The notes under the pieces: generated by a model | What the model saw: only the letters and a program-made list of their open reading frames with translations | Database searches by the model: none | What the model was told of the DNA's origin: nothing | Made by a program: the position numbers and the translations under genes | In this document: in pieces, positions 1-11,482 of the stretch | Position numbering within the stretch: position 1 is the first letter of the stretch | Layout of the letters: every line of letters starts with the position of its first letter | Origin: Candidatus Saccharimonadota bacterium | GTDB lineage: Bacteria; Pseudomonadota; Gammaproteobacteria; Enterobacterales; Enterobacteriaceae | DNA: 32,000 nucleotides | Assembly (NCBI GenBank): GCA_049942965.1 | Contig: CP188088.1 | Location: 60,001-92,000, forward strand | Direction: 5' to 3'

Positions 1-1594
1 AGCTATTGGATCTGAAGAAAGCTTTTCTGGAGTAATAGACTTAATAAAAATGAAGGCAATAAATTGGAATAATGATGATCAAGGATTGACATTTACTTAT
101 GAGAATATCCCTAATAATTTATTAAAATTGTCAAATTATTGGCGAGAACACTTAATTGAATCTGCTGTAGAAAATGATGAAAAAATAATGGAGAAGTATT
201 TGTCAGGAAAAACTATACAAGAAGAAGAAATTAAGTTAGCTCTACGAAATAGAGCTTTAAAAAACGAAATAATGTTAATTACTTGTGGATCAGCTTTTAA
301 AAACAAAGGTGTTCAAGCATTATTAGATGCAATTATTGAATATTTACCATCTCCTGTTGATGTAAAATCTATGCAAGGGTTATTTAAGGACGATTCAAAT
401 CAGACTAATAGACATTCTGAGGACGATAATCCATTTTCTGCTATTGCTTTTAAAATTGCTTCAGATCCATTTGTGGGGAATCTTACTTTTTTTAGAGTTT
501 ATTCTGGAGTTGTTCGTTCAGGAGATACTGTATTTAATTCTGTTAAATTACATAAAGAACGATTTGGAAGAATAGTACAAATGCATGCAAATAAACGAGA
601 TGAAATAAAGGAAGTTAGAGCTGGGGATATTGCAGCAGCAATTGGTTTAAAAAACGTAAGTACTGGAGATACTTTATGTGACTTAAATCATACAATCGTT
701 TTAGAAAAAATGGATTTTCCTGATCCTGTAATTTCTATTTCTGTAGAACCTAAAACTAAAATAGATCAAGAAAAAATGGGAAATGCATTAACTAGATTAG
801 CTAGAGAAGATCCTTCTTTTAAGGTTTGGGTAGATCATGAGTCTAATCAGACAATAATAGCTGGAATGGGAGAATTACATTTAGAAATTATTGTAGATAG
901 AATGAAACGAGAATTTGGAGTAGAAGCAAATATTGGAACTCCTCAGGTTTCTTATAGAGAAACAATTAAAAATAATATAAAAAATGTTGAAGGGAAACAT
1001 ATTAAACAATCTGGTGGTAGAGGTCAGTACGGACATGTTGTAATTGATATTTTTCCATTAGAGCCTGGTGGTGAAGGTTATATTTTTTTAAATGAAATAA
1101 AAGGTGGGGTTATTCCTGGTGAATATATTCCGGCCGTAGATAAAGGAATTCAAGAACAATTGAAAAATGGTCCATTAGCAGGATATCCTGTAGTTGATAT
1201 TGGAATACGTTTAGTTTTTGGATCTTATCATGATGTAGATTCTTCGGAATTAGCGTTTAAAATTGCTGCTTCTATTGCTTTTAAAAGTGCTTTTAAGCAA
1301 GCAAATCCAGTTTTATTAGAACCTATTATGAAAGTTGAAGTAGAAACTCCAGAAAATTATATGGGTGAAGTAATAGGAGATTTAAGTCGACGTAGGGGAA
1401 TTATAGAGGGTATGGTCGATTCCTCATTTGGAAAAATAATTCGAGCTAAAGCACCTTTATCTGAAATGTTTGGGTATGCTACCGATTTGCGTTCTCAAAC
1501 TCAAGGACGAGCTTCTTATTCTATGGAGTTTTTAAAATATTCAGAAGCACCTGTTATTGTTTCTAAAAATATTATTGATAATAAAAAGAAATAA
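1..1594 (+). CDS. fusA: Elongation factor G, 3' portion; the gene starts left of the window and the frame enters at base 2
   Basis: The frame is open from the window edge ([22 protein letters not shown] matches recalled E. coli EF-G [22 protein letters not shown]). Conserved strings include [50 protein letters not shown] and [12 protein letters not shown]. tuf follows, as in the str operon. Confidence 0.97.
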   Translation, partial: AIGSEESFSGVIDLIKMKAINWNNDDQGLTFTYENIPNNLLKLSNYWREHLIESAVENDEKIMEKYLSGKTIQEEEIKLALRNRALKNEIMLITCGSAFKNKGVQALLDAIIEYLPSPVDVKSMQGLFKDDSNQTNRHSEDDNPFSAIAFKIASDPFVGNLTFFRVYSGVVRSGDTVFNSVKLHKERFGRIVQMHANKRDEIKEVRAGDIAAAIGLKNVSTGDTLCDLNHTIVLEKMDFPDPVISISVEPKTKIDQEKMGNALTRLAREDPSFKVWVDHESNQTIIAGMGELHLEIIVDRMKREFGVEANIGTPQVSYRETIKNNIKNVEGKHIKQSGGRGQYGHVVIDIFPLEPGGEGYIFLNEIKGGVIPGEYIPAVDKGIQEQLKNGPLAGYPVVDIGIRLVFGSYHDVDSSELAFKIAASIAFKSAFKQANPVLLEPIMKVEVETPENYMGEVIGDLSRRRGIIEGMVDSSFGKIIRAKAPLSEMFGYATDLRSQTQGRASYSMEFLKYSEAPVIVSKNIIDNKKK

Positions 1595-1621
1595 TTTTGT
1601 TTAAAACAAAAAATCTTTTTT

Positions 1622-1679
1622 ATTTTAGTTATTTATATTTTTATGTATAAATTTTAGTTATTTATATTTTTATATATAA
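1622..1679. repeat. Two tandem copies of a 29-bp unit in the fusA-tuf spacer, with 1 mismatch
   Basis: 1622-1650 reads attttagttatttatatttttatgtataa and 1651-1679 reads attttagttatttatatttttatatataa. The copies are head-to-tail and differ by a single G/A. Confidence 0.9.
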
Positions 1680-1700
1680 ATTAAATAAGGATTCTTAATT

Positions 1701-2885
1701 ATGTCTAAAGAAAAATTTAATCGTTTAAAACCACATATTAACGTAGGAACTATAGGTCATGTAGATCATGGAAAAACTACTTTAACTGCAGCTATTACTA
1801 CTGTTTTGGCTAAAAAATATGGAGGATCAGCTCGTGCATTTGATCAAATAGATAATGCACCAGAAGAAAAAGCAAGAGGGATTACGATCAATACTTCACA
1901 TGTAGAATATGATACAGAAATTAGACATTATGCACATGTTGATTGTCCAGGACATGCTGATTATATTAAAAATATGGTTACAGGTGCAGCTCAGATGGAT
2001 GGAGCAATTTTAGTGGTTGCAGCAACTGATGGGCCAATGCCTCAAACTAGAGAACATATTTTATTAGGTCGTCAGGTTGGTGTTCCTTATATTGTTGTTT
2101 TTATTAATAAATGTGATATGGTTGATGATGAAGAGTTATTAGAATTAGTTGAAATGGAAGTTCGGGATTTACTGACTCAATATAATTTTCCAGGAGATGA
2201 TACTCCAATAATAAGAGGTTCAGCTCTAAAAGCATTGGAAGGAAACGAAATTTGGGAAAAGAAAATTTTAGAACTTGCTAGTGCTTTAGATTCTTATATA
2301 CCTGAACCTAAAAGAGCTATAGAAAAACCTTTTTTATTACCAATCGAGGACGTATTTTCTATTTCAGGAAGAGGTACAGTAGTTACAGGTAGAGTAGAAT
2401 GTGGAATAGTAAAAGTTGGTGAAGAAGTTGAAGTTGTTGGAATTAGACCAACGACGAAGACTATTTGTACTGGAGTAGAAATGTTTAGAAAATTATTGGA
2501 TGAAGGTAGAGCTGGAGAAAATGTTGGTGTTTTGTTAAGAGGAACTAAAAGAGATGAAATAGAAAGAGGTCAAGTGCTATCAAAGCCTGGTTCTATACTT
2601 CCTCATATGAAATTTGAATCAGAAGTGTATGTATTAAATAAAGAAGAAGGAGGAAGACATACACCTTTTTTTAATGGATATAGGCCTCAATTCTATTTTA
2701 GAACTACTGATGTTACTGGTTCTGTATCTTTACCTAAAAATATGGAAATGGTCATGCCTGGAGATAATGTAAAAATGTCAGTTACATTAATTCATCCTAT
2801 AGCAATGTCCGAAGGATTAAGATTTGCAATTAGAGAAGGTGGACGAACAGTTGGAGCAGGAGTAGTAACAAAAGTAATTTCTTGA
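1701..2885 (+). CDS. tuf: Elongation factor Tu
   Basis: 394-aa ORF, the same length as E. coli EF-Tu. GTPase motifs [13 protein letters not shown] and NKCD are present. The N-terminus [20 protein letters not shown] is near-identical to E. coli. AAGGA lies upstream of the ATG. Confidence 0.98.
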   Translation: MSKEKFNRLKPHINVGTIGHVDHGKTTLTAAITTVLAKKYGGSARAFDQIDNAPEEKARGITINTSHVEYDTEIRHYAHVDCPGHADYIKNMVTGAAQMDGAILVVAATDGPMPQTREHILLGRQVGVPYIVVFINKCDMVDDEELLELVEMEVRDLLTQYNFPGDDTPIIRGSALKALEGNEIWEKKILELASALDSYIPEPKRAIEKPFLLPIEDVFSISGRGTVVTGRVECGIVKVGEEVEVVGIRPTTKTICTGVEMFRKLLDEGRAGENVGVLLRGTKRDEIERGQVLSKPGSILPHMKFESEVYVLNKEEGGRHTPFFNGYRPQFYFRTTDVTGSVSLPKNMEMVMPGDNVKMSVTLIHPIAMSEGLRFAIREGGRTVGAGVVTKVIS

Positions 2886-2940
2886 TAAAATATGTATTAA
2901 TTTATTAATTTTTAATTTAATTTAATTGAATAATTATATA

Positions 2941-2996
2941 TTCATCAAGAAAAGAAATTAGTTTATTGATAAAACTTTTCTTGATGAAGTTTTCTA
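2941..2996 (+). terminator. Candidate rho-independent terminator of the str operon, downstream of tuf
   Basis: A perfect 14-bp stem pairs ttcatcaagaaaag (2941-2954) with cttttcttgatgaa (2975-2988) around a 20-nt loop. It is followed by gttttc, only a short T run. Confidence 0.55.
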
Positions 2997-3138
2997 CGAT
3001 AAAAAAAATATTTTTTAGGATTTTATTTCTTTTTTTTTTAAATATTTAAATATTTGTTTGTTTTTTTTTTGACTTTGTTATTAAAAATAGATGTTTAATT
3101 AAATTAAAGTTTAAAAAAAATATTGATTCAATATAATG

Positions 3139-3167
3139 TTGATTTTTATTAATTTATTAATCATAAT
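3139..3167 (+). promoter_or_regulatory. Candidate sigma70 promoter of the S10 operon
   Basis: TTGATT (3139-3144), 17 nt, CATAAT (3162-3167). This would give a leader of about 130 nt before rpsJ. Such matches arise easily by chance in sequence this AT-rich. Confidence 0.3.
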
Positions 3168-3196
3168 AAATATCTTTGTTAATGGTAAAAAGTCAA

Positions 3197-3275
3197 GACT
3201 CTTAATTTTTAGAGTCATGTAATCAATTATATTAATCTGTAGATAATGGGTTAATTGGGGTTTTTTTTGTTTTTT
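3197..3275 (+). promoter_or_regulatory. Candidate S10 leader structures or attenuator
   Basis: One hairpin pairs gactct (3197-3202) with agagtc (3211-3216). A second weak stem pairs caatta (3224-3229) with taattg (3252-3257). G4 then T8 (3257-3268) plus T6 follow, ending about 35 nt before the rpsJ ATG. This is positionally like the L4-responsive attenuator of the E. coli S10 leader. Confidence 0.25.
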
Positions 3276-3303
3276 AATTTATAAATAAATGGAGTTTTGG
3301 TAG

Positions 3304-3624
<321 letters not shown>

Positions 3625-3652
3625 TTATCAGTTTAATGAGGAGCTTGAATAG

Positions 3653-4294
3653 ATGTTTGGTTTAGTAGGTAAAAAAATTGGAATGACTCGTATTTTTACT
3701 GAAGAGGGAAGATCAATACCTGTTACAGTAATTGAAATTTTAGAAAATAGAATAACACAAATAAAAAATTTTAAAAAAGATAAATATAATGCAATACAAG
3801 TAACTACAGGAACAATTAAGACTAATCGATTAAAAAAATCTATTGCAGGTCATTATAAAAAATCCAATGTTATTCCTGGAAGAGGTTTATGGGAATTTAG
3901 AATAAAAAATGATTGTAATGATTTTTTTTTAGGAAAAACAATTAATTTAAATGATTTAAAAAAAATAAAAATTGTAGATGTTACTGGAATATCTAAAGGA
4001 AAAGGTTTTTCTGGAACAATCAAGAGATGGAATTTTCGTTCTCAAGATTCTTCTCATGGTAATTCTTTATCTCACAGAGTTCCTGGATCAATTGGTCAAA
4101 ATCAAACTCCTGGAAAAGTTTTTAAGGGAAAAAAAATGTCAGGACAACTAGGAAATTGTCGAATTACAATTCAAAATATTAAAATTATAAAAATTGATTT
4201 TGTTAATCATTTACTTTTAGTAAAAGGATCTGTTCCTGGTTATTCTGGTAACAATTTAATAGTAAAACCTTCTATTAAGCAACAAGGAGTTTAA
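3653..4294 (+). CDS. rplC: 50S ribosomal protein L3
   Basis: 213 aa. Conserved strings: [10 protein letters not shown] and [39 protein letters not shown]. Confidence 0.97.
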   Translation: MFGLVGKKIGMTRIFTEEGRSIPVTVIEILENRITQIKNFKKDKYNAIQVTTGTIKTNRLKKSIAGHYKKSNVIPGRGLWEFRIKNDCNDFFLGKTINLNDLKKIKIVDVTGISKGKGFSGTIKRWNFRSQDSSHGNSLSHRVPGSIGQNQTPGKVFKGKKMSGQLGNCRITIQNIKIIKIDFVNHLLLVKGSVPGYSGNNLIVKPSIKQQGV

Positions 4295-4298
4295 AAAA

Positions 4299-4904
4299 AT
4301 GGAATTAATACTTAGAGATGTAGAAAAAAAAGTATCTTTTTCTGAAAATGTTTTTGGAAGAGATTTTAATGAAGCTTTAGTACATCAAGTAATCGTAGCT
4401 TATTCAAACAAATCTCGAAGAGGATCTAAAGGTCAAAAAAATAGATCTGAAGTATCTGGTTCAGGAAAAAAGCCTTGGCGTCAAAAAGGAACAGGTCGTG
4501 CTCGAGCAGGGTCTTTAAGAAGTCCTATTTGGAGGTCTGGAGGAGTAACATTTTCCAATAATAATAAAGTTTATAATCAAAAAATTAATAAAAAAATGTA
4601 TAAAGGAGCTTTAAGAAGTATTTTTTCTGAATTAATAAGAAGAAATAGATTGTTTGTATTTAATGAATTTTCTATAGAATTTCCAAAAACAAAGTTATTA
4701 GTAAGTAAATTAAAAAGTCAAAATATAAAAGATGTTTTAATAATTTTGGATAAGAAAGATGAAAATTTATATTTAGCATCAAGAAATTTATACAAAGTAG
4801 AAGTTAAAATCGCAAAATCAATCGATCCAATTAGTCTAATTGCTTTCAGAAATATTATTCTTACTTCAAAAGCAATGAAAAGAATAGAGGAATCATTACA
4901 ATGA
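4299..4904 (+). CDS. rplD: 50S ribosomal protein L4
   Basis: 201 aa. Conserved strings: [13 protein letters not shown] and [16 protein letters not shown]. An AAGGAG Shine-Dalgarno sits inside the rplC 3' end. Confidence 0.97.
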   Translation: MELILRDVEKKVSFSENVFGRDFNEALVHQVIVAYSNKSRRGSKGQKNRSEVSGSGKKPWRQKGTGRARAGSLRSPIWRSGGVTFSNNNKVYNQKINKKMYKGALRSIFSELIRRNRLFVFNEFSIEFPKTKLLVSKLKSQNIKDVLIILDKKDENLYLASRNLYKVEVKIAKSIDPISLIAFRNIILTSKAMKRIEESLQ

Positions 4905-5206
4905 CGATTTCTAATAATCGATTATTTAAAGTTATATTATCTCCCTTGATTTCAGAAAAGTCGTCTTTTATTTCAAAGAAAAATAATACAATAGTTTTAA
5001 AAGTCAATAAAAAATCTAAAAAATTTGATATAAAAAATGCTGTACAAAATTTTCTATCTGTAAAAGTAAAAGAAGTAAATACATTAATTGTAAAAGGTGA
5101 GTTCAAAAAGTATAAGAACAAAACCACTGTTGGTAAAAGTTGGAAAAAAGCTTATGTTATTTTAGAAAAAGGTGAAAATTTTAATTTTTTAAATGATAGC
5201 AAGTAG
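4901..5206 (+). CDS. rplW: 50S ribosomal protein L23
   Basis: 101 aa. ATGA start/stop overlap with rplD. Conserved strings: NTIVLKV and WKKAYV. Confidence 0.95.
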   Translation: MTISNNRLFKVILSPLISEKSSFISKKNNTIVLKVNKKSKKFDIKNAVQNFLSVKVKEVNTLIVKGEFKKYKNKTTVGKSWKKAYVILEKGENFNFLNDSK

Positions 5207-5234
5207 TAAATAATATTTTTTGGAGATAAAAAAA

Positions 5235-6062
5235 ATGGCTGTTGTAAAATGTAAAGCTACATCTCCAGGACGTCGTCATGTTGTTAAAGTAGTTAATTCT
5301 AAATTGTATAAAGGAAAGCCTAAATTTTCTTTTTTAATCAAAAAAAAGAAAAGAACTGGAGGTAGAAATAATGAAGGACATATTACTACTAGACATATTG
5401 GTAGAGGTCATAAGAGAGCATATAGATTAATTGATTTCAAAAGAAATAAAGATAATGTATTAGGAATAGTAGAAAGGATTGAATATGATCCTAATAGATC
5501 TTCTAATATTGCTTTAATAAAGTATCAGGATGGAGAAAGAAGATACATTTTAGCAGCTAAAAATCTTAATGTAGGATTAAAAGTTAAATCTGGAAATAGT
5601 AAAATTGACGTAAAAATAGGAAATTCAATGCCTATTAGAAATATACCGATTGGAACTGTAGTTCATAATATAGAGTTAAAACCAGGTAAGGGAGGTCAAA
5701 TTGCTCGTTCAGCTGGTAGTTATGCTCAATTGATTTCAAAAGATGAAAATTATGTAAGCATTCGTTTGCGTTCAGGAGAAATGAGAAAAATATCTTCATT
5801 TTGTAGAGCAACTATAGGAGAAGTAGGAAATTCAGAACATATGCTAAGAATGTTAGGAAAAGCTGGAGCATCTAGGTGGAGAGGAATTAGACCTACTGTT
5901 AGAGGAACTGCAATGAATCCAGTTGACCATCCTCATGGTGGTGGTGAAGGTAGAAATTTTGGTAAACATCCAGTAACTCCATGGGGAGTTCAAACAAAAG
6001 GTAAAAAAACTAGAAAAAATAAACGTACAGAAAGATATATTTTAAAACATCGAATAAAATAA
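5235..6062 (+). CDS. rplB: 50S ribosomal protein L2
   Basis: The ORF track starts at TTG 5220. I trimmed it to ATG 5235, where MAVVKCK matches the E. coli L2 N-terminus and GGAG lies 9 nt upstream. Conserved string: [17 protein letters not shown]. Confidence 0.96.
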   Translation: MAVVKCKATSPGRRHVVKVVNSKLYKGKPKFSFLIKKKKRTGGRNNEGHITTRHIGRGHKRAYRLIDFKRNKDNVLGIVERIEYDPNRSSNIALIKYQDGERRYILAAKNLNVGLKVKSGNSKIDVKIGNSMPIRNIPIGTVVHNIELKPGKGGQIARSAGSYAQLISKDENYVSIRLRSGEMRKISSFCRATIGEVGNSEHMLRMLGKAGASRWRGIRPTVRGTAMNPVDHPHGGGEGRNFGKHPVTPWGVQTKGKKTRKNKRTERYILKHRIK

Positions 6063-6093
6063 TTTTATTTTTTTTTAAAAAGGTTTGCTTATT

Positions 6094-6381
6094 ATGCCGC
6101 GTTCGTTAAGAAAAGGTCCTTTTATAGATTCACATTTATTGAAAAAAATAGAAAATGCTCTTTTAAAAAAAGAGAAAAAACCTATTAAGACTTGGTCTCG
6201 TCGTTCTACTATTATTCCTAATATGATAGGTTTGACATTTTTAGTTCATAATGGTAGAAAACATATCCCAGTATTTATTTTAGAAGAGATGGTAGGACAT
6301 AAACTTGGAGAATTTTCTATAACTAGAACTTATAAAGGTCATTTTGCTGATAAAAAAATAAAAAAAACATTAAAAAAATAG
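6094..6381 (+). CDS. rpsS: 30S ribosomal protein S19
   Basis: Trimmed from TTG 6085 to ATG 6094, where [10 protein letters not shown] matches the S19 N-terminus. Conserved strings: [14 protein letters not shown] and GHKLGEF. Confidence 0.96.
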   Translation: MPRSLRKGPFIDSHLLKKIENALLKKEKKPIKTWSRRSTIIPNMIGLTFLVHNGRKHIPVFILEEMVGHKLGEFSITRTYKGHFADKKIKKTLKK

Positions 6382-6403
6382 GGATTAATAAGAGGATTTG
6401 ACA

Positions 6404-6736
6404 ATGACTAATTTAGCTATTTTAAAAAAAGCTAATTCTTCAGCACAAAAACTTCGATTGGTAGCTAATTTAGTAAGAGGTAAAAAGGCATCTATAGCTT
6501 TAAGCATATTATCTTTTATTAATAAAAAGTCTGCTTCTCTACTGAAGCAAGTAATAGAATCGGCAGTGGCTAATTCAGAACATAATGATTCGATAGATAT
6601 CGATGATTTGAAAATAGTAAAAATTTTAATAGATGAAGGTCCAACAGTGAAAAGAATGATGCCTAGAGCCAAAGGAAGAGCTGATCGTATATTGAAAAGA
6701 ACTTCTCATATCACGGTTATTGTGTCTAATGAATAG
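6404..6736 (+). CDS. rplV: 50S ribosomal protein L22
   Basis: Trimmed from TTG 6398 to ATG 6404. That start gives 110 aa and a residue-for-residue alignment to E. coli L22. AGAGGA lies 7 nt upstream. Conserved string: [20 protein letters not shown]. Confidence 0.95.
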   Translation: MTNLAILKKANSSAQKLRLVANLVRGKKASIALSILSFINKKSASLLKQVIESAVANSEHNDSIDIDDLKIVKILIDEGPTVKRMMPRAKGRADRILKRTSHITVIVSNE

Positions 6737-6771
6737 GTTTTTCTTGTTGTTATTTTTGGAGAATTTTAATA

Positions 6772-7479
6772 ATGGGTCAAAAAGTTCATCCTAACGGATT
6801 GAGGTTAGGAATTATTAGGTCTTGGAATTCTATTTGGTTTTCTGATAGTAAAAATTTTGCAAATATTTTAGATAGTGATTTTAAAGTTCGTCAATTTTTA
6901 ATAAAGAAATTAAGAAAAGCATCTGTTTCTAAAATTGTTATTGAGAGACCTTCAAAAAGCATTCGTATAACAATACATACTTCTCGTCCTGGAATAGTTA
7001 TTGGAAAAAAAGGTGAAGATGTAGAAAAATTAAGAAAAATTATATCTAATATGACTGGTGTTCCAACACAGATAAACATATCAGAGATTAAAAAACCAGA
7101 ACTGGATGCTAAATTAGTAGCTGATAATATAAAATCACAATTAGAAAGAAGAATTATGTTTCGAAGAGTTATGAAACGATCGGTTCAAAATACTATTAGG
7201 CAAGGTGCTCAAGGAATTAAAGTAGAAATAAGCGGTCGTTTAGGAGGAACAGAAATTGCTAGAACCGAGTGGTATAGAGAAGGTAGAGTTCCATTGCATA
7301 CTTTGAGAGCAAATATTGATTATAATACTTCGGAAGCACATACTACATTTGGAATAATCGGAATAAAAGTTTGGATCTTTAAAGGAGAAGTATTGGGTGG
7401 GATGAAAGAATTAAATGAAATTAATGAAAAAAAGCTTGTTTTACAAAATCAAAAACAGCATAGAAGATATCGTAGATAA
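6772..7479 (+). CDS. rpsC: 30S ribosomal protein S3
   Basis: 235 aa. Conserved strings: [21 protein letters not shown] and [16 protein letters not shown]. Confidence 0.97.
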   Translation: MGQKVHPNGLRLGIIRSWNSIWFSDSKNFANILDSDFKVRQFLIKKLRKASVSKIVIERPSKSIRITIHTSRPGIVIGKKGEDVEKLRKIISNMTGVPTQINISEIKKPELDAKLVADNIKSQLERRIMFRRVMKRSVQNTIRQGAQGIKVEISGRLGGTEIARTEWYREGRVPLHTLRANIDYNTSEAHTTFGIIGIKVWIFKGEVLGGMKELNEINEKKLVLQNQKQHRRYRR

Positions 7480-7496
7480 TAGAAAAAGGAAGTTTT

Positions 7497-7922
7497 ATGT
7501 TACAGCCTAAAAGAACAAAATATAGAAAAATGCATAAAGGTAGAAATCGTGGATTAGCTATAGGAAGAGAAATTAATTTTGGTTCTTTTGGATTAAAAGC
7601 AATTGATAGAGGTCGGATAACTTCTCGACAAATTGAATCAGCTAGGAGAACAATTAGTAGAGCCGTAAAAAGACAAGGAAAAATGTGGATAAGAATTTTT
7701 CCAGATAAACCTATTACAAAAAAACCATTAGAAGTTAGAATGGGAAAAGGTAAGGGAAATGTTGAATATTGGGTAGCATTAGTTCAGCCTGGAACTATTT
7801 TGTATGAAATAGAAGGTATTTCTGAAGAAGATTCTAGATTAGCATTTAAATTAGCAGCTTCTAAGTTACCAGTAAGAACTATTTTTATAAAAAAAAGGTT
7901 GAATCAAAATGAGTTTATATGA
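7497..7922 (+). CDS. rplP: 50S ribosomal protein L16
   Basis: 141 aa. Conserved strings: [19 protein letters not shown] and [13 protein letters not shown]. It is 5 residues longer than E. coli L16, and the 3' end overlaps rpmC by 14 nt. Confidence 0.97.
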   Translation: MLQPKRTKYRKMHKGRNRGLAIGREINFGSFGLKAIDRGRITSRQIESARRTISRAVKRQGKMWIRIFPDKPITKKPLEVRMGKGKGNVEYWVALVQPGTILYEIEGISEEDSRLAFKLAASKLPVRTIFIKKRLNQNEFI

Positions 7923-8121
7923 ATTGAGAAAAAAATCAAAAACTGAACTTAACGTTGAATTAGCTAGTTTGTTAAGAGAATATTTTAATTTAAAGATTCA
8001 GTTATCTTCAGGAAAATTACAGCAAGTACATTTATTAAAACAGGTAAGAAAAAATATTTCTAGAATTAAAATGTTAAATAGAGAAATGGATTTAGACAAA
8101 ACTCATGATAAAAAAAAATAA
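7909..8121 (+). CDS. rpmC: 50S ribosomal protein L29
   Basis: 70 aa. The L29 core is present ([25 protein letters not shown]). It has a Lys-rich C-terminal extension and overlaps rpsQ by 17 nt. Confidence 0.93.
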   Translation: MSLYELRKKSKTELNVELASLLREYFNLKIQLSSGKLQQVHLLKQVRKNISRIKMLNREMDLDKTHDKKK

Positions 8122-8365
8122 ACGTTATTTAAAAGCTAAAGTAATTAGTTCAAAAATGCAAAAATCAGTAGTTGTCTTAATAGAAAGATTTGTAAAACAT
8201 GATTTATATAAAAAGTTTATGAGAAAAACTACAAAAATGCATGTTCATGACGAAAAGAACGAATGTATTAAAGGAGATATTATAGAAATATGTGAAACTC
8301 GTCCTATTTCTAAAACTAAATCTTGGAAAATGGTTCGTATAATAGAAAAATCTAATGTTCTATAG
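8105..8365 (+). CDS. rpsQ: 30S ribosomal protein S17
   Basis: 86 aa. Conserved strings: [25 protein letters not shown] and RPISKTKSW. Confidence 0.95.
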   Translation: MIKKNKRYLKAKVISSKMQKSVVVLIERFVKHDLYKKFMRKTTKMHVHDEKNECIKGDIIEICETRPISKTKSWKMVRIIEKSNVL

Positions 8366-8387
8366 TCATTTTCATAAATGATTTTTT
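8366..8387 (+). terminator. Small terminator-like hairpin at the end of the S10 operon
   Basis: tcattt (8366-8371) pairs with aaatga (8376-8381) around a 4-nt loop, followed by T6 (8382-8387). It starts immediately after the rpsQ stop. The stem is AT-rich and weak. Confidence 0.3.
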
Positions 8388-8474
8388 AAAAAATAGTGTT
8401 ATTTTTTAATATAAAAATATAAATTTAAAATATTTTAAGATCATTGTTTGTTAGTAATAAGGAAAATTCTTCTA

Positions 8475-8843
8475 ATGATTCAATCACAAACGATTTTAAA
8501 AGTAGCTGATAATTCAGGTGCACGTTTAGCTATGTGTATAAAAGTATTAGGTGGTTCTAAAAAAAGATATGCTTGTATTGGAGATATAATAAAGATAACA
8601 ATAAAGGAAGCCATTCCAAGAGGTAAAGTAAAGAAAGGGGAAGTATTAAAAGCAGTTATAGTTCGCACCAAAAAAGGAATTCGTCGTTTAGATGGTTCTG
8701 TATTACGTTTTGATAGTAATTCTTGTGTTGTATTAAATAATAATGAACAACCCATTGGAACTAGAATTTTTGGACCGGTGACTCGAGAGTTAAGAATTGA
8801 GAAATTTATGAAAATAATTTCTTTAGCACCTGAAGTGCTTTAA
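8475..8843 (+). CDS. rplN: 50S ribosomal protein L14
   Basis: Trimmed from 8448 to ATG 8475, where [16 protein letters not shown] matches the L14 N-terminus. 122 aa, ending [13 protein letters not shown]. Confidence 0.96.
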   Translation: MIQSQTILKVADNSGARLAMCIKVLGGSKKRYACIGDIIKITIKEAIPRGKVKKGEVLKAVIVRTKKGIRRLDGSVLRFDSNSCVVLNNNEQPIGTRIFGPVTRELRIEKFMKIISLAPEVL

Positions 8844-8858
8844 ATAAGGAAAATATAC

Positions 8859-9173
8859 ATGGCATCTAAGATACGAAAAAATGACAAAGTCATCATTTTA
8901 TCAGGAAAAGAGAAAGGAAAGAAAGGAACAGTGGTAAATATACTAAATAGAAATAAAGTTATTATCAAAGGAGTAAATTTAGTTAGTAAACATCAGAAAT
9001 CTGTCCCCTCTAGAAATTTAACAGGAGGAATAATAAAAAAAGAATCTCCTATTTCTATTTCTAATGTTGCTATTTTAAATTTAAAAACTGGAAAACCTGA
9101 TAAGATTGGTTTTAAATTTGAAAAAGGTAAAAAAATTCGATTTTTTAAATCTAATATGGAAATTTTAAAATAA
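8859..9173 (+). CDS. rplX: 50S ribosomal protein L24
   Basis: 104 aa, the same length as E. coli L24. Conserved strings: MASKIRKND and KIRFFKSN. Confidence 0.95.
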   Translation: MASKIRKNDKVIILSGKEKGKKGTVVNILNRNKVIIKGVNLVSKHQKSVPSRNLTGGIIKKESPISISNVAILNLKTGKPDKIGFKFEKGKKIRFFKSNMEILK

Positions 9174-9189
9174 ATAGGAGAAATAAAAA

Positions 9190-9729
9190 TTGATTAAATT
9201 ATTAGAATTATATAATAAAAAAATTATAAAAAAATTAATGGTTGATTTTAAATATAAATCAATTATGCAAGTTCCAAAAATTGATAAAATTACTTTAAAT
9301 ATGGGGGTTGGAAATGCTATTTTAGATAAAAAGTTATTAGATAAGGCATTGAAAGATTTATCTGCTATATCTGGTCAAAAAGCTATAATTACATTTTCAA
9401 AAAAATCGGTAGCTGGATTTAAAATTAGAAAAAATGTAGCTATTGGTTGTAAAGTAACATTAAGAAGAAAAATGAAATGGGATTTTTTAGATAGATTGAT
9501 TAATATAGCGTGTCCTAGAATAAGAGATTTTAGAGGTTTTTCTAAAAAATCTTTTGATGGTAGGGGGAATTACAGTATAGGAATACGAGAACAAATTATT
9601 TTTCCAGAAATTGATTATGATAAATTAGATAAAATTAGAGGTTTAGATATTACTATAACTACAACAGCTGTTTCGGATAATGAAGGACATGCGTTATTAT
9701 CATATTTTAATTTTCCGTTTAGCAAATGA
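9190..9729 (+). CDS. rplE: 50S ribosomal protein L5, with a TTG start
   Basis: 179 aa, the same length as E. coli L5. The start is TTG 9190 with AGGAG 9 nt upstream. Conserved strings: [16 protein letters not shown] and [11 protein letters not shown]. Confidence 0.94.
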   Translation: MIKLLELYNKKIIKKLMVDFKYKSIMQVPKIDKITLNMGVGNAILDKKLLDKALKDLSAISGQKAIITFSKKSVAGFKIRKNVAIGCKVTLRRKMKWDFLDRLINIACPRIRDFRGFSKKSFDGRGNYSIGIREQIIFPEIDYDKLDKIRGLDITITTTAVSDNEGHALLSYFNFPFSK

Positions 9730-9748
9730 TACTAGGAGAAAAATTTTA

Positions 9749-10054
9749 ATGGCTAAAGAATCTATGAAGGAAAGGGAAAAAAAAAGAGTTAAATTATCTT
9801 TAAAATTTTTTTCAAAAAGGCAAAAACTAAAAAAGATAATTTTTAGTTTAAATTCAAAAAAAGAAGAAAAATGGAAAGCAGTATTGTTATTACAAAGTTT
9901 ACCTAGAGATTCTAGTCCATCTCGTCAAAGAAATCGATGCAGACAGACTGGGAGACCTCATTCTTTTTTAAGAAAGTTTGGACTCAGTAGGATGAAATTA
10001 AGAGAAACTGCTATGAGAGGTGAAATACCTGGTTTAAAAAAATCAAGTTGGTAA
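9749..10054 (+). CDS. rpsN: 30S ribosomal protein S14
   Basis: Trimmed from 9680 (inside rplE) to ATG 9749, giving [13 protein letters not shown] and 101 aa as in E. coli S14. AGGAG lies 10 nt upstream. Conserved string: [21 protein letters not shown]. Confidence 0.96.
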   Translation: MAKESMKEREKKRVKLSLKFFSKRQKLKKIIFSLNSKKEEKWKAVLLLQSLPRDSSPSRQRNRCRQTGRPHSFLRKFGLSRMKLRETAMRGEIPGLKKSSW

Positions 10055-10129
10055 AAGTTTAACAAACTTATCTTAGTTAACTGATATTTTAAAATGTTAT
10101 TTTGGTTTTGTTTTTGGAGAAAAATAGAA

Positions 10130-10528
10130 ATGAGTATGCACGATCCGGTTTCAGACATGTTAACTAGAATTCGAAATGGACAAACTGCCAATAAAATTTC
10201 GGTAAAAATTCCTTTTTCTAAATTAAAAAAAGCAATCAGTAATGTATTAAAAGAAGAAGGTTATATTGAATCTTATTTTTCTAAGTTAGATAATAATAAA
10301 AAACCTATTTTAGAATTATTTTTAAAATATTTTCATGGAAAACCTGTTATTGAAAAAATTATCAGAGTTAGTTCTCCTAAATTAAGAATTTATAGAAAAA
10401 AAAATAAATTACCAGAAATTATGTCAGGATTAGGAATATCAATTATTTCTACTTCTAAAGGAATTATAACTGGGAAACAAGCTTGTAAATTTGGTATTGG
10501 TGGAGAAGTTCTTTGTTATGTCACTTAG
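10130..10528 (+). CDS. rpsH: 30S ribosomal protein S8
   Basis: Trimmed from 10094 to ATG 10130, where [18 protein letters not shown] matches the S8 N-terminus. GGAGA lies 9 nt upstream. Confidence 0.96.
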   Translation: MSMHDPVSDMLTRIRNGQTANKISVKIPFSKLKKAISNVLKEEGYIESYFSKLDNNKKPILELFLKYFHGKPVIEKIIRVSSPKLRIYRKKNKLPEIMSGLGISIISTSKGIITGKQACKFGIGGEVLCYVT

Positions 10529-10550
10529 ATTTTTTAGATAGAGGGAAAAA

Positions 10551-11087
10551 ATGTCTCGTATTGTTAAACGTCCAATTATTGTGCCTTCAGGTGTTTCAAT
10601 ATTTTTAAATAAAGAATTAATAACTATTAGATTTAAAGATTTAGAGTTATCTCGAAAAATTAATAAAAATGTAAAAATTGTTTTTTCAAAAAATTTTTTA
10701 TTATTTGATAATAATTCATCAATGAAACAGGAATGGGCAAATGTAGGTACTGCTCGTTCATTAGTTTATTCTATGATAATAGGTATAACAGTTGGTTTTC
10801 GAAAAAAATTAAATTTGGTAGGTGTTGGTTATCGAATATCTCTCAAGAAAGAGAATGTTTTGATATTATCTTTAGGATATTCACATAATATAGAATATAT
10901 TATTCCAAACGGAATAATTGTTGAATTACCTTCACCAACAGAAATTATTTTATTTGGAAGGGATAAACAATTAGTAGGACAAGTTGCTGCAAATTTACGT
11001 GCTTATAGAATACCTGAAGTATATAAAGGTAAAGGCATTCGTTATGAAAATGAGGTAGTTAAAATAAAAGAGGCTAAAAAGAAATAA
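10551..11087 (+). CDS. rplF: 50S ribosomal protein L6
   Basis: 178 aa. Conserved strings: [16 protein letters not shown] and [21 protein letters not shown]. Confidence 0.96.
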   Translation: MSRIVKRPIIVPSGVSIFLNKELITIRFKDLELSRKINKNVKIVFSKNFLLFDNNSSMKQEWANVGTARSLVYSMIIGITVGFRKKLNLVGVGYRISLKKENVLILSLGYSHNIEYIIPNGIIVELPSPTEIILFGRDKQLVGQVAANLRAYRIPEVYKGKGIRYENEVVKIKEAKKK

Positions 11088-11088
11088 A

Positions 11089-11472
11089 GTGAAAGTTTCT
11101 ATTTCTTCAAAATCGTTTTGTAATAAAAAAAAAATACGTATGAGAAGGGCTAAACGATTTAGGTTTAAAATGAATTCTAATGGAATCATTAGATTAGTTG
11201 TTCATCGAACATCTCGTCATATGTATGCTCAAATTATAGATTCAAATACTTCTAATGTTTTAGTTTCTGCTTCTAGTTTAGAAAAAAAATTTTTCTCTTC
11301 TTTAAAATATACTGGAAATAAGGAATCAGCTAATTTGTTGGGAAAAATAATTGCTAAAAGGTCTTTGAAAAAGGGAATTAAAAAAATTTCTTTTGATCGT
11401 TCTGGTTTTCAATATCATGGTCGAATAAAAGCTGTAGCAGATTCTGCTAGAAAATTCGGTCTTATTTTTTAG
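11089..11472 (+). CDS. rplR: 50S ribosomal protein L18; start codon uncertain
   Basis: The L18 core is present ([28 protein letters not shown]). GTG 11089, 1 nt after the rplF stop, is the only start giving a full-length product. That product is about 10 residues longer at the N-terminus than E. coli L18. Confidence 0.9.
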   Translation: MKVSISSKSFCNKKKIRMRRAKRFRFKMNSNGIIRLVVHRTSRHMYAQIIDSNTSNVLVSASSLEKKFFSSLKYTGNKESANLLGKIIAKRSLKKGIKKISFDRSGFQYHGRIKAVADSARKFGLIF

Positions 11473-11482
11473 GATAAAAAGA

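Noticed and set aside
2886-3303. Small ORFs in the tuf-rpsJ spacer, for example ATG 2983 (21 codons, MKFSTIKKIFFRILFLFFLNI) and ATG 3136 (28 codons).
   Set aside because: They have no Shine-Dalgarno. One starts inside the terminator stem. The composition is what random AT-rich sequence yields, and I have no way to show conservation.
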